The position numbers and the translations under genes were made by a program. From Octopus sinensis (taxonomy: Eukaryota), in contig NC_043003.1 in the NCBI RefSeq assembly GCF_006345805.1, positions 69,688,001-69,752,000 of the forward strand: DNA of 64,000 nucleotides, given 5' to 3'. Within the stretch, counting starts at the first letter, position 1, and every line of letters begins with the position of its first letter. The notes below the pieces were generated by a model, which was given only the letters and a program-made list of their open reading frames with translations, ran no database searches and was not told the DNA's origin. Shown piece after piece: positions 13,407-26,905 of the stretch.

Positions 13407-13489
13407 TATTTATATACATATACATATACATACATACATACATACATATATATATATAAACCGTCACCCATAGTGTCCCAAGATAAAAT

Positions 13490-14087
13490 TTCCTCTGTAT
13501 TAACATCTTAAGTTTCTTAACATATTGTCCCCTTTAACTGGTAATTAACATTATGATTTAAAGTTTTACTCCACCCAGCCTTTTTTTATAGCCAGTCACT
13601 TATATCCAGTTGACTACTCCTAATGTCTTCTTTCCTCCCTGAGGAAATGGGATACATATGACAATATTTATGACCATACCTAGCCATTAGCTGTCAACTC
13701 ACTCTTGTCCTTTATTTAAAATAGACAGTCTTCTAGTCTAAGATTTAGTAGTTGATAAAGAGATAAATGAATTGGAAATGAATTACAATCCCTTAAAATA
13801 TTATGACCCCCAATAGGCTTCATGGAAGTGTAGTCTATTCATAGCTACCATAGTGACAACATGAATTTCTTCCATCTTGTTCAGTTAAAACATTTGAGAA
13901 AAATTATATTAATGTGTCCAGCTGGTTAAAATTCTACTTATTTATTTGTGCAGCTGAAGATGGCACTGCATTTAAATTGATGTAATGATTGCATTGTTCA
14001 ATTAAATGGAGCCACTTGAGACAGTCATACTGCATCACTTCTTGATATCCTGTTGTTTATTTTGATATATATATATATATATGCATG

Positions 14088-14131
<44 letters not shown>

Positions 14132-14997
14132 ATATATATATGCATGTATTTAGAAAAGGCATAGGTAGGAATGAGGTGGTGAAGCACGACCTTCCAACAT
14201 TAGGCCTCACCGAAGCAATGACTAGTGACCGAGACCTTTGGAAGTATGCTGTGCTTGAGAAGATCCAGCCAAGTGAGACCATAAACTGTCACCTATGCCA
14301 GGAGTGTAGCCAGCCCACTTATGCGTACCTTTCCTTCATTGGACACTAAACTGTGCTTGCGAAGATCTGTTGAGGCAGGTGAAATCGAAATCAAATTCCT
14401 CTGTATTAACATCTTAAGTTTCTTAACATATTGCCCCCTTTAACTGGTAATTAATATTATGATTTAAAGTTTTACTCCACCCAGCCTCTTTTTATAGCCA
14501 GTCACTTATATCCAGTTGACTACTCCTAATGTCTTTTTCCTCCCTGAGGAAACGGGATACATATGACAATATTTATGACCATACCTAGCCATTAGCTGTC
14601 AACTCACTCTTGTCCTTTATTTAAAATAGACAGTCTTCTAGTCTAAGATTTAGTAGTTGATAAAGAGATAAATGAATTGGAAATGAATTACAATCCCTTA
14701 AAATATTATGACCCCCAATAGGCTTCATGGAAGTGTAGTCTATTCATAGCTACCATAGTGACAACATGAATTTCTTCCATCTTGTTCAGTTAAAACATTT
14801 GAGAAAAATTATATTAATGTGTCCAGCTGGTTAAAATTCTACTTATTTATTTGTGCAGCTGAAGATGGCACTGCATTTAAATTGATGTAATGATTGCATT
14901 GTTCAATTAAATGGAGCCACTTGAGACAGTCATACTGCAACACTTCTTGATATCCTGTTGTTTATTTTGATATATATATATATATATATATATATGC

Positions 14998-15031
<34 letters not shown>

Positions 15032-15288
15032 GCATGTATTTAGAAAAGGCATAGGTAGGAATGAGGTGGTGAAGCACGACCTTCCAACATTAGGCCTCAC
15101 CGAAGCAATGACTAGTGACCAAGACCTTTGGAAATATGCTGTGCTTGAGAAGATCCAGCCAAGTGAGACCATAAACTGTCACCTATGCCAGGAGTGTAAC
15201 CAGCCCACTTATGCGTACCTTTCCTTCATTGGACACTAAACTGTGCTTGCGAAGATCTGTTGAGGCAGGTGAAATCGAAATCAAATTC
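13490..15288 (+). repeat. Direct tandem duplication, about 906-bp period, 2 copies
   Basis: Copy 2 starts at 14397; about 9 point differences plus (TA)n length changes. Confidence 0.93.
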
Positions 15289-16010
15289 GATGACTGGCAT
15301 CTGTGCTAGTGAAGCCCTAAGAAGACCATTGAGTGAGGTCATTGCCAGTGCCAGTGGACTGGCTCCTGTGCAGGTGGCATGTAAAAAAACATCATTTGAG
15401 CGTGGCTGTTGCCAGTACTGTCTGACTGGCTCTCGTTCCAGTGGCACGAAAAAGCAGCCACTACACTCACGGAGTGGTTGGTGTTAGGAAGGACATCCAG
15501 CTGTAGAAACACTGCCAAATCAGACTAGAGCCTTGTGCAGCCTCCATGGCTTACCAGACCCCAGTCGAACCGTCCAACCCATGCTAGTGTGGAAAACGGA
15601 CGTTAAATGATGATGATATGCATGTATGTGTATCATCATCATCATCATCATCGTTTAACGTCCGTTTTCCGCGCTAGCACGGGTTGGACGGTTCAACCGG
15701 GGTCTGGGAAGCCAGGGCCTGCACCAGGCTCCAGTCTGATCTGGCAGTGTTTCTACAGCTGGATGCCCTTCCTAACGCCAACCACTCCGCGAGTGTAGTG
15801 GGTGCTTTTAACGTGCCACCTGCACAGGTGCCAGGGGGCTCTGGCATCGGCCATGATCGGTTGGTGCTTTTAACGTGCCACCGGCACGGAAGCCAGCCAA
15901 GGCGGGGCTGGCATCGGCCACATTCGTTTGGTGCTTTTTATGTGCCACCGGCACAGAAGCCAGTCAAGGCGGCGCTGGCATCGGCCACGTTCGGATGGTG
16001 CTTTTTATGT
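15035..16010. mobile_element. Tail-to-tail family C pair (15035-15615 +, 15635-16010 -)
   Basis: (GAT)n and (ATC)n tails face each other. Confidence 0.78.
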
Positions 16011-16634
16011 GCCACGAGTGTGTGCATGGTTGTGTTTTCTTGTTTTGACTTCACATTTTAATTGTAAATGAGTTTCACTGTGATACAAGCAGTGTCATTC
16101 ATTTCCAGTTTTCTGAGAAAACATGTCTAGCCATGGGGAAATACTGTGATAAAGGTGATGAAAATAATACTGATGGTGGTGGTGGTGGTGATAGTGACAA
16201 CGATGATGGTGATAATGATGATAATGGTAATAAAGATGATGATAGTGGTGGTTGTGACAATGATGGTGATGATGATGATGATGATGATGGTGGCGGTGGT
16301 GATGGTGGTGACATATGATGTTGGTGATGATGATAAATTTTTACCACATGTGCTTTCTGATGATCCTTCGTTAAATATTCAAAAAATCCATCTACTAATT
16401 GTTTACATTGATAATAGCAGTTTGCAATGAAACAAAGACTTCCCCCGCCGCCACCACAGCAGCGGCAGCAGCAGTAGCAGTAGGAGCAGCAGCATTGCTA
16501 TGTCTGCAAACATCATGATTTCTGTTAACAATGGAATGGATAAATTCCATTTGAAACTTCAACCACTCAACCTTGGAATGAGATTGGTTGGCTTCCACTC
16601 AGACAACTTTTGTGCAAGTGTATCTGTGTGTGTA

Positions 16635-16697
<63 letters not shown>

Positions 16698-16919
16698 ATG
16701 TGTGTGTTCTCTTTTTAACTTAAAGAATAAATTTTGACCAGCCTCCTACTTTGTAGCAAGGTTGCGAAGGAAAGCATCTTGTTTTGTTCATAAATCCATT
16801 AAATGTTTGGAAGGTCTTGCAGATTTTTGTAGTCCCAGATATCGCGAAAATTTGTAGTGTGTGAATTAAGAATTTGCATTCTCCCTGAAGAACCCAAGTT
16901 CAGCCATACTTTGTATATA

Positions 16920-17248
16920 TAGGTGTGTGTGTGCATGTATGTATGTATGTATGTATGTATGTATGTATGCAAGTATGTATGCATATAAATGTGTGTGTAT
17001 ATGTATGTATGTATAGACAGAAGGAAAGATAGACAGATAGATAGATAGATAGATGATAGATAGATAGGTAGGTAGGTAGGTAGGTAGGTAGGTAGGTAGG
17101 TAGGTAGGTAGAGAGATAGATAAGTAGGTAGGTAGGTAGATAGATAGATAAATAGATAGATAGATAGAGAGGAAGGTAGATAGGTAGATAGATAGAGAGA
17201 TAGGGAGATAGACAGATAGATAGGTAGATAGATAGATAGGTAGGTAGG

Positions 17249-17316
<68 letters not shown>

Positions 17317-17355
17317 GAGGTAGGTAGATAGGTAGATAGATAGAGATATAGGTAA

Positions 17356-17416
<61 letters not shown>

Positions 17417-17420
17417 TAGA
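16920..17420 (+). repeat. (TATG)n/(GATA)n/(GGTA)n tetranucleotide array
   Basis: Direct reading. Confidence 0.9.
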
Positions 17421-17539
17421 TATAAGCAAACGCAATGCACTTGAGCGATGTGGGCACTTCAAACCTCAGGAAAGCTTGCCTCTAATGAGTCATCTAATTA
17501 TAGATTCAATCAACATAAGAGAACTAAAAGAGGACTTAC

Positions 17540-17627
17540 TTCCTGACAATTTGTTGTTGTTTTTGCTGTTCTTTGATAGTGGAGGTGCATTCGGTATAAG
17601 ATAACCTTCCATTGGCCAGTCATATTT
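17540..17627 (-). CDS. DCDC1: DCDC1-like exon g (88 nt, phase 0 to 1): KYDWPMEGYLIPNAPPLSKNSKNNNKLSG
   Basis: Acceptor tttctttgttcaccag, donor GTAAGT; absent from the ORF track. Confidence 0.88.
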
Positions 17628-18243
17628 CTGGTGAACAAAGAAAGAAATAAAAACAAAATGGCTATTTTTAGAGAAAGCTAAACTAGGTGAAGATAAAGCA
17701 GTAAATGAAATAAGTATTTTTCAGAGAAATATTTGGAAATGTATGTCAAGATGAAGCTGAGAATGTTTCAAGGTTTACTAAAGGTTCTCTACCAAGGTTC
17801 TTTACTATATGTCCAATCACCTTGCATACACACACAAATATATATATATATATAGAGAAAGAGAGAGCAGTTACTGTTTATATCTCGTTTAGAGATTTAT
17901 TATTGTTTTCGAACGGTTTTTCTACATCAGTGACTGTGTTTACTGTGAAAATCCTTATATATATGGCCTGTAGAGAGAGTCATTCGTCGGAGAACGGTGC
18001 TTACCATGCGTTGATAAGAGGCAATTACCTCGAAACCTGGTCCGTATGTAGTATCTGTATCTTCGGGGAATGATCTCCCTTTGCAAGCTAGAGGACACCG
18101 AGATGGTGTCAGCCCTCCTGGTGACGTCGATGATCGCCTGGGGCTAAATGCATCAGTAACACCCCCACCACCCCGCCCTGTCCCTAGCCACATTCAGATG
18201 GCTGATGCCCCTTATGTTATATATATATATATATATATATATA

Positions 18244-18850
18244 GGCATAGGAGTGGCTGTGTGGTAAGTAGCTTGCTTACGAACTACATGGTTCTGGGTT
18301 CAGTCCCACTGCGTGGCACCTTGGGCAGGTGTCTTCTACTATAACCTCGGGCCGACCAAAGCCTTGTGAGTGGATTTGGTAGACTAAACTGAAAGAAACC
18401 CGTCGTATATATGTATATATACATACACACACATATACATCCCTTCTTTGGATCTTTCATTTTCCTGTTTCTGACAAAGAGCTCTGCTCGAAACATTAAA
18501 CCCTCCTTCTTTCTTTCTTTCCTGAGCGTCCAATAATACTATACTTGTTCCACGTTGTCGCGTTGTTGTGTTTTCTCTTCGTGTTTTCATGTTTGAATTA
18601 ACTTTATATATATATATATATGTATGTGTGTGTGAATACATTTCTGTGTCTGTGTTTGTCTCCCCAACATTGCTTGACAACCGATGCTGGTGTTTTTCCA
18701 TCCCCGTAACTTAGCGGTTCGGCAAAAGAGACCAATAGAATAAGTACTAGGCTTACAAAGAATAAGTCCTGGGGTCGATTTGCTTGACTAAAGGTGGTGC
18801 TCCAGCATGGCCACAGTCAAATGACTGAAACAAGTAAAAGAGTAAAAGAG
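18244..18850 (+). mobile_element. tRNA-derived SINE family A, full length (with nested insertion)
   Basis: A/B boxes, GGCACCTTGGGCA..GTGTCTTC core, internal TA/TG microsatellite, (GTAAAAGA) tail; about 25 full or partial copies in window. Confidence 0.85.
18430..18602 (+). mobile_element. Penelope-like terminal fragment (family F) with degenerate hammerhead motif, nested in a SINE-A microsatellite
   Basis: GTTT-CTGACAA-A-GAGC-TCT-GCTC-GAAAC-ATT-AAAC; homologous to 53565-53750. Confidence 0.55.
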
Positions 18851-18919
18851 ATATACATACATACATACAAACTGCCTGCTACACACAGACACACACAGAG
18901 TTTCACACATACATATATC

Positions 18920-19295
18920 TTGTATCTTTTACTTGTTTCAGTCATTAGATTGCGGCCATGCTGGGGCAACACCCTGAAGAAGTTTAGTCAAATTAATCGA
19001 TTCCCAGTAGCTTTTTATTTCAGGCCTAGTACTTATTCTATCAGTTTCTTTTGCCACACCACTTACTTACAGGGATGCAAACAGACCAACACCAGTTGTC
19101 AAGCAATGGTGGGGGACAAACACAGACACATGTATACAATGGGCTTCTTTTAGTTTCCATCTACCAAATCCACTCACAAGGCTTTGGTTGGCCCAGGGCT
19201 ATAGTAAAAGACACTTGTCCAAGATGAGACACGGTATGGATTGAAACTGGAACCGTGTGGATGGGAAACCAGCTTCCTACCACACAGCCACTCCT
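18920..19295 (-). mobile_element. SINE A, tail-to-tail with the 18244-18850 copy
   Basis: Colinear with the family A reference copy. Confidence 0.8.
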
Positions 19296-20044
19296 GTGCC
19301 TTGTCTATGATACTCGTTTTACAACTAGCATGTGATGTTGAATCATGGAGAGACAACACACACACACACAAGCACACACATGCATGTGCACACGCACATA
19401 CACTCACATGCATGCACACACACACATGAACACACACACATAAACACACAGGCACGCATGCACACACACATACATACACATGCATGTACACTCATGAACA
19501 CACACACATGCATGCACACACATACATGCACACACACTCACACACATACTCATACATGCACACACACTCACACACATACTCATACATGCACACACACTCA
19601 CACACATACTCATACATGCACACACACATACACACATACACGCACACACTCACATGCATGCACACACACATACACACACATGTACACACACATGCACACA
19701 CATATGCATGCACATACATACATGTGCACACACACACACACACACACAACAGGCTTTGTCCAGTGTCTCTTTCCTTGACCTCCAATGTCCCCGTCAAGGT
19801 TTCGGTCAGCCTGTAGCTATAACAGAAGTCTCTCACCCAAAGTGCCAAGTTCTGTTATTTATGTAAATATCCAACTCTCAGACATCTCACCACAAAAACA
19901 AACAACTATATAAAAATACCAAAGACCAATTACTATTTTGAATTACATTTTAATTTAGAATGAGTTTTTTTCTCTTCTCATTTTTTTAACATATTTCATT
20001 TGACAAACATCAGAAAAATATCATTGTTTTATTTGAAGTAAATG

Positions 20045-20960
20045 TGTATGGCATGGCTGGGTGGTAAGAAGTTTGTTTCCCAACCACATGGTTCCAGGTT
20101 CAGTCCTGCCGCATGGCATCTTGGGTAAGTGGCCTCTACTGTAGCCTCGGGTTGACCAAAGCCTTGTGAGTGGATTTGGTAGATGAAACTGAAAGAAGCA
20201 TGCTATGTGTGTGTGTGTGTGTGTGTGCAGCAAGCAGACCAAGGCTTCAAAGTCACTGTCAGCCCTCTTCTTGTAAAAGAATAATAAACACTCTACAAAA
20301 AAGTGTCGAGTAATTCTTCAGTTTAATGTTAAATTATTTTTATTAGAACCTGGTATAAAAACAGAAATAACAGGCATAGCTGCGTGGTAAGAAGCTTGCT
20401 TCCCAACCACGTGGTTCCAGGTTCAGTCCCATAACATGGTATCTTGGGCAAGTGTCTTCTACTGTAGCCCTGGGCTAACCAAAGCCTTGTGAATGGATTT
20501 GGTAGATGGAAACTGAAATAAGCTCATCAGTAGTGTGTGTATGTGTATGTGTGTGTGTGTATCTATGATTGCCCCCCCTCACCCCCACTACCACTTGACA
20601 ACTGGTGTTGGTGTGTTTATGTTCCCATAACTTAGCAGTTCAGCAAAAGAGACTGATAGACTTAATGAAACTAAGTCCAGGAGTTTATTTTTTCAACTAA
20701 AATTTTTCATAGCAGTGCTCCAGCATGGCCGTAGTCTAATGACTGAAACAAGGAAAAGATATTACTATGATTTAGGGGATTATTCAGACGTACAGAGACA
20801 CGGGTGTTGCGGCATGGTTAAGAAGTTTGTTTCCCAATCAAATGGTTTTGGGTTCGGTCCCACCACATGCCACCTTGAGTAAGTGACTTCAACAACAAAC
20901 CTGGGCTGACCAAAGGCTTGTGAGTGGATTTGATAGACGGAAACTGAAAGAAGCCCAATG
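20045..20960 (+). mobile_element. Cluster of three SINE A copies (20045-20215, 20370-20760, 20795-20960)
   Basis: Repeated family A heads and cores. Confidence 0.7.
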
Positions 20961-21224
20961 AGTATACAAAGAGAAAGGTCTTTCTTGAGTGATATGGACT
21001 CATAGGACTGGTTTTCGGGTTTCCATGGCATATATATTCCCAGCCTGGATGGGATGCCAGTCCTTTGCAGGGTAACTCCCTTTGGTCAGCTGAGGATGGA
21101 CTGAAGCAATGTGAAATGATGTGTTTTACTCAAGACCACAATGCATTGCCCAGTCCAGGAATTGAAACTAGTCTTACAGTCATGAATCCAACACCCTAAC
21201 CACCAAGCCATGTGCTTTAAGTCT

Positions 21225-21560
21225 TATTATGTGAGCTCACTTCAGGAAAAAAGACCACAGAGTTGCTCTCTTTGAAGATACAAGGGTCAACTCAAAGCGA
21301 CACTGAAAGCTACTGGAACTGAACCTGAATCATTTGAAAAACAAACCTGAGACTGTACCAAGTGGAGGTGTTCCATCACCATTGGAACCAAAAACTTGAA
21401 AGCCACCAAAAGAGAAAACAAAGAAACCAAATGACAGGAGAGAAAAGCTAAAAAAAATCAACCTCGTCCTCCACCAACATTGCCATGCTGTCAATGCCAT
21501 TGTCTCTTCTGTGCAAGAATTGGTCTACAGGGTCTTCAACAGCATCACCATAAAGAAGTG
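21225..21560 (+). mobile_element. Degenerate RTE-BovB-like LINE C-terminus
   Basis: ELTSG..RYKGQLKATLK..KW and terminal CxxC..ARIGL..H-like finger. Confidence 0.6.
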
Positions 21561-21799
21561 TTCAGCAAAGAAAATAAATTCTCAAATATAAGATAAAGCT
21601 GATGATGATTGTGTTTGCAAAGGTTAATTGAAAGCACTCGCAGACAAGAAGAAAATTTCTTCCCAAAATTGGTTATTAACTTCCTGATAAAAGATTTCAT
21701 AACATTTTTAAAAAAAAACAATTTTTTAATAAAAATCATCTTTACACTTCAAAACTGTAATTCTCACAGACTTTCAAATATATATCATCCTCATCGTCA

Positions 21800-23620
21800 T
21801 CATCATCGTCATTTAACATCCGCTTTCCATGAGTTGGACGGTTTGACTGTGAGGGCTAGCAAGCCAGAAGGCTGCACCAGGCTCCAATCTGATCTGGCAA
21901 AGTTTCTAGATCAGATATATATATATAAATTACAAATACACATTAAGTACAGGACGTCACCGTCATCATCATCATCAACGTTTGTGTTCCATGCTAGCAT
22001 GGGTGGGTCGGTACCACATGAGCCGGCCAAACCAAAGCCTGTACCAGACTTCTGTGACTATTTTGGCAGGGTTTTTACAGCTGGATGCCCTTCTAAATCC
22101 CAACCTCTTTACAGTGTGGACTGGGTGCTTTTAAGTGACACCTGCACTGACAGGGTCACCAAGTACTTGCAAGACATAAACTTTTCAGAGGGGAGGAGGC
22201 ATTGGAGGAGGTGATGATGAAAAGGTTATAATGAGACAATGAGTGAAAAATATATAAACACACGAGAGAAAAGACCAGGACAAAATACCAAAAGAAGATA
22301 ACTCACTCATAATTTGTTGACTGTTTTATATATGTATATATATATTGGGCCTCAAGGAGGCAATGGCAAGTGACCGAAACCTTTGGCGATATGCTGTGCT
22401 TGAGAAGACTCATCAATCTAAGTTAAACCGTAGTCGTGGCCAATGGCAGTGTTACATAAGCGGCACCTGTGCCAGTGGCACATAAAAGGTACCAATGATA
22501 ACTGACTGTGACCTTTGGTGAGACGCTGTGCTTGAGAAGACCCATAAATCCAAGTGAAAGCATACTTGTGAGTGATACCAGTTTCACACAACTAGCATCT
22601 ATGCTGGTGGCATGAAAGAAGCACCTGTTACATTCTTGGAGTGGTTGGTGTTAGAAAGGGCATCCAGCCATGGAAACCAAACGAAATCAGATTGGAGCTT
22701 GATGCTACTCTCCAGCTAACCAGTTTCAGTCAAACTGTCTAACCCATGCCAGCATGGAAAGTGAACGTTAAATGGTGATGATAATGATACACACACACAC
22801 ACACAAAAACATGAGCCTGTGCATGAGTGTATGGTTGTGTCTGCCTCAAAATCTGCCTCAAGAAATTCTATTTGACTCATGCAAGCATGGAAAAGTTGGC
22901 ATCAAAAGGATTATGTTGATGACTTGCTACAACAACAACAACATCAAAATCAGTGTCGATATTGGAAGCCAGCAAAGGGAAGAAGCTGGCAGAATTATTA
23001 GCTTATCATCATCGTTTAATGTCTGTTTTCCATGCTGGCATGGGTTGGATGGTTCAAATGGGATCTAGGAAGCCAGGATGCTGCACCAGGCCCCAATCTG
23101 ATCTGGCAGTGTTTCTACATCTGGATGCCTTTCCTAATGCCAACCACTCCGAGAGTGTAGTGGGTGCTTTTTATGTGCCATTGGCACAAGGAGCCAGAGG
23201 AGCTACCATCGACTGCGATTCGATGGTGTTTTTTACGTGCCGCCAGCACGGAAGCCAGTCAAGGCGGCACTGGCATCTGCCATATTCGGATGGTGCTTTT
23301 TACATGCTACTGGCATGGGGCTCACAACTACAATTTCCATTTGATTTGATTTTGATATTGATGTTGATGTACTTGACTCAATACGTCTCCTCAAGCACAG
23401 CATGTCACCCTACGAAACAAAGTACTTTTGAGTGGGCTGGTTATGCGACACTGGTGTAGGTTACAGCTGTGAACTCACTTTATTTGCCGGGTATTCTCAG
23501 TCACAGCATACCTCCAAAGGTCTCTGTCTTTTGTTATTGCCTCTGTGAGGCCCAACGTTCGAAGGTCATGCTTCACCACCTCATCCCATGTCTTCCTGGG
23601 TCATCAGGCAAAATGCTTAG
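21800..23620. mobile_element. Cluster of family C fragments (21800-21910 -, 21960-22200 -, 22340-22780 +, 23005-23620 -)
   Basis: Match 55640-56128. Confidence 0.7.
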
Positions 23621-24479
23621 TGGCATATATGTATGTTTTGACATTCTGAGTTCAAATTCCACTGATGTCTACTCTGCCTTTTATACCTGTTGAGCACTAG
23701 TGTTGATGTCATCGACTTAGTCCCCTCTGCCAAAGTTGCTGGCCTTGTGCCAAAATTTGAAATCAATCTTAGAAGCCAGTCATAGGAAATGCTTCCTCAG
23801 TTTGCAACAATGAACTTTCCGTCCACGGAATACCTGTCAGTTTATGGAAGCAGCAAGGGAGACTCTACTTGGTCAACCAACATGCTAGAAACAGTAGCCA
23901 CGTCTTCTCTCAAATCTTACCTCCCCATCTTAAAACAGAAAAAAAAAAGTATGCAGCTTCAGATAGTGTTGTTTTGCGTTTCCTGCTTAAAAAAAAAAAC
24001 AAAAGACAGGAGGGTCATGGCTGGAAAACCTTTGACCATAGGTGAGCTGTGATTAATCAAAGCTGACCAATGAACGACGGGAAGCTGAACAACATCACCA
24101 CGTCCTCCTTTTCCTCCTCCTCCCTATTTACAGCTCAGTTGGATGGGAGACAAACTGTGGATTTCTTCCTTACTGATTCAGTCAACCGCAACCGGTAATC
24201 TACATGCAAGCACACATACCTACACATCCACATACACACACACACACGCACGTGCACACACACACACACATGTGCACACACATGCATGCACAGAATATTT
24301 ATTAAAGTCATTAATGAGAACCAAATATGACCACCTCCCCTCCTCTCCCTTCCAACCACTCCTATAACAAAATCATGGCTTGTAAAGGATTTGATTACTA
24401 TTGATTGGGAGAGATCAATGACATAATGATATTTATGACATATTGATACATACAACCGATAAGAGAAAAGTTGGGGGGG

Positions 24480-24886
24480 AGGGTGATGATGAATGAGTAT
24501 TTGCCCAAAGTGGACCTTCAAAATTGTCTCTATCACCATAGTGACGGTTGCTATGCTAATGGTGGCTATGGTGATGGTGGCTGTAATAGTAGTGGTGGCG
24601 GGCTGGTAGCAGTAATGACTATGATGATGAGGAGGAGGGAAATAATGGTGGGGATAATGAAGATGATGATGTTGCTGATGATGATGATGGTGACGATGAT
24701 GGTGGTGGGGATGATGATGGTGATGATGATGGTGACGATGGTGATGATGATGGTGATGATGATGGTGGTGGGGATGATGATGGTGATGATGATGGTGATG
24801 ATGATGATGGTGATGGGGAGGAGGAGGAGGGAGGGGAATGATGGTTGAAATGATAATGATGAGGAGGAGGAGGGTGATGATGATGG

Positions 24887-24921
<35 letters not shown>

Positions 24922-25240
24922 GTGATGATGATGGTGGTGATGATGATGATGATGATGATGGTGATGAGGAGGGGGAGGGGGAGGGGAATGATGGTGGAAA
25001 TGATGATGATGATAATGAGGAGGAAGAGGAGGGTGATGATGATGATGACGATAATGATAATGATGTTGATGATGGTGATGGTGATAATGATGATGAAAAG
25101 GAGGAAGAGATGATGATGATGAGGAGAAGGAGGACGACGACAACGAAGAGGATGGTGTTGGTGGTGATGATGACAATAATGATGTTGATGATGATGATGA
25201 TGATGATAGTGGTGATGGTGATGATGATGAGGGGAAGGAG
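24480..25240 (+). repeat. Compound (GAT/GGT/GAG)n trinucleotide array; similar arrays at 6400-6860, 16140-16335, 27060-27480
   Basis: Direct reading. Confidence 0.9.
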
Positions 25241-26438
25241 GGAGACAGTATGGCCGTTGCCACCAACAAAGATAACAACAATTTTATTGATACCTGAGAT
25301 GCTGCAAAAGATTCATAAATATTTATAAACCACCAAGACACAATCATGTTTCCATAGCAACTGAGATATCCAAACAACAATATTCCTGATACGTAGACCT
25401 AAATCATATTTTAATAGACTTATACAACATCACAGCCTTTGTTTCTTTTTGTTTTTGTTTTTGTTTTTTTGCTGGACTGCAACCATGCTGAAGATGCTGC
25501 CTTTGAGAGTTCTGGTCAAAATATATTGAGACCAATACTTAGATAGACCAATCTCTGGTTATGAAATGTCTAAGTTTACCTTGAGTTATGCCCCTTTTAA
25601 AGGAATTAAGTCTGCTTGGGAGGAAATAAATATAAGAACTGCAGCCATACTGGAGCACCACCCCAGTACTTATTTAAGTCAGGTACAAATTCTATTGATC
25701 TCTATTGTTGAACCACACAGTTATGAAAACATAAACAAGCCAACACTAGTTGCCAAGTGGTGATGAGGGACAAACAGAAGCATAAAGACACACACACACA
25801 CACATGCACATATGCATACATACATATAAATACACACTCACTTACACACATCAGATTCACTTGCCTCTATTCACACACACACACACACCTTCTCTTTGGA
25901 TCACCAGCACTTTATTATCTCCCTTTCTTTCAAACTTTTTTTCCCAGTCATTTGCCAAGCTGGACTGCTGAAATCTACAATTTTTTTTCATTCACTCGCT
26001 GTTTATTTTCTCTTATTCCTTTCTGCTGAAGAGCATAGGCTCAAAACATCAAACAAATACACTTGCTTGTTGTTTATACACCTATCATCGTCTTTTGTTT
26101 CTCTATAAATTTCAACTATAAATAAATATATATATACATACACATACTTACACACACAAACCCCACCCCCACATACAATGGTCTTCCATACAGTTTCCAT
26201 TAATCAAATTCACTGAAAAGGTACTGTAGTAGAAGACACTTGCCCAAGGTGTTGTGCAGTGGAAGTGAACCTGAAATCACATGGTTGCTAAGCAAGTTTC
26301 TTAACCACACAATCACACCTGTTTCTATGGTTAATATTATTTGCTAGTTAACCCCAGAGGTAAACAGAGAACTCTAGTAAATTATCTGAAGCCAATGGGT
26401 ATATCTTTGAGAATCCTGGAGGTTTGGCACACAACAAT

Positions 26439-26859
26439 CCTTTCTACTGGAAGCACAAGGCCTCAAATTTGGGATTAAGTCGATTACATTGCCCCCAGTG
26501 CATAACTGGTACTTAATTTATCAACCTTGGAAGGATGAAAGGCAAAGTCGACCTCGGTGGAATTTGAACTCAGAACATAAAACCACTGAGCATTTTGCCT
26601 GGTGTGCAAATGATTGTGCCAGCTTGCTGCCTTAAATGAAATATTCTTTTCTACTCTAGGCACAAGTCACAAAATTTCTGGAGAGGGGGCCAGTCAATTA
26701 GATCAACCCCAGTATGCAACTGGTACTTAATTTATCGACCCTGAAAGGATGAAAGGTAAAGTTGATCCTGGCGGAATTTGAACTCAGAACATAAAGACAG
26801 ACGAAATACTGCTAAGCATTTTGCCCGGCGTGCTAATGATTCTGCCAGCTTGCTGCCTT
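26439..26859 (-). mobile_element. Head-to-tail dimer of tRNA-derived SINE family D within one 18-bp TSD
   Basis: TSD GGTTTGGCACACAACAAT at 26421-26438 and 26860-26877. Confidence 0.85.
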
Positions 26860-26905
26860 GGTTTGGCACACAACAATATTTGAATGTAAGCAGAAGACAT
26901 CTCAC

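Noticed and set aside
14025-14282. Duplicated ORFs MVSLGWIFSS.. (also 14930-15172)
   Set aside because: Antisense or partial frames of a LINE 3' end plus (TA)n, repeated by the tandem duplication
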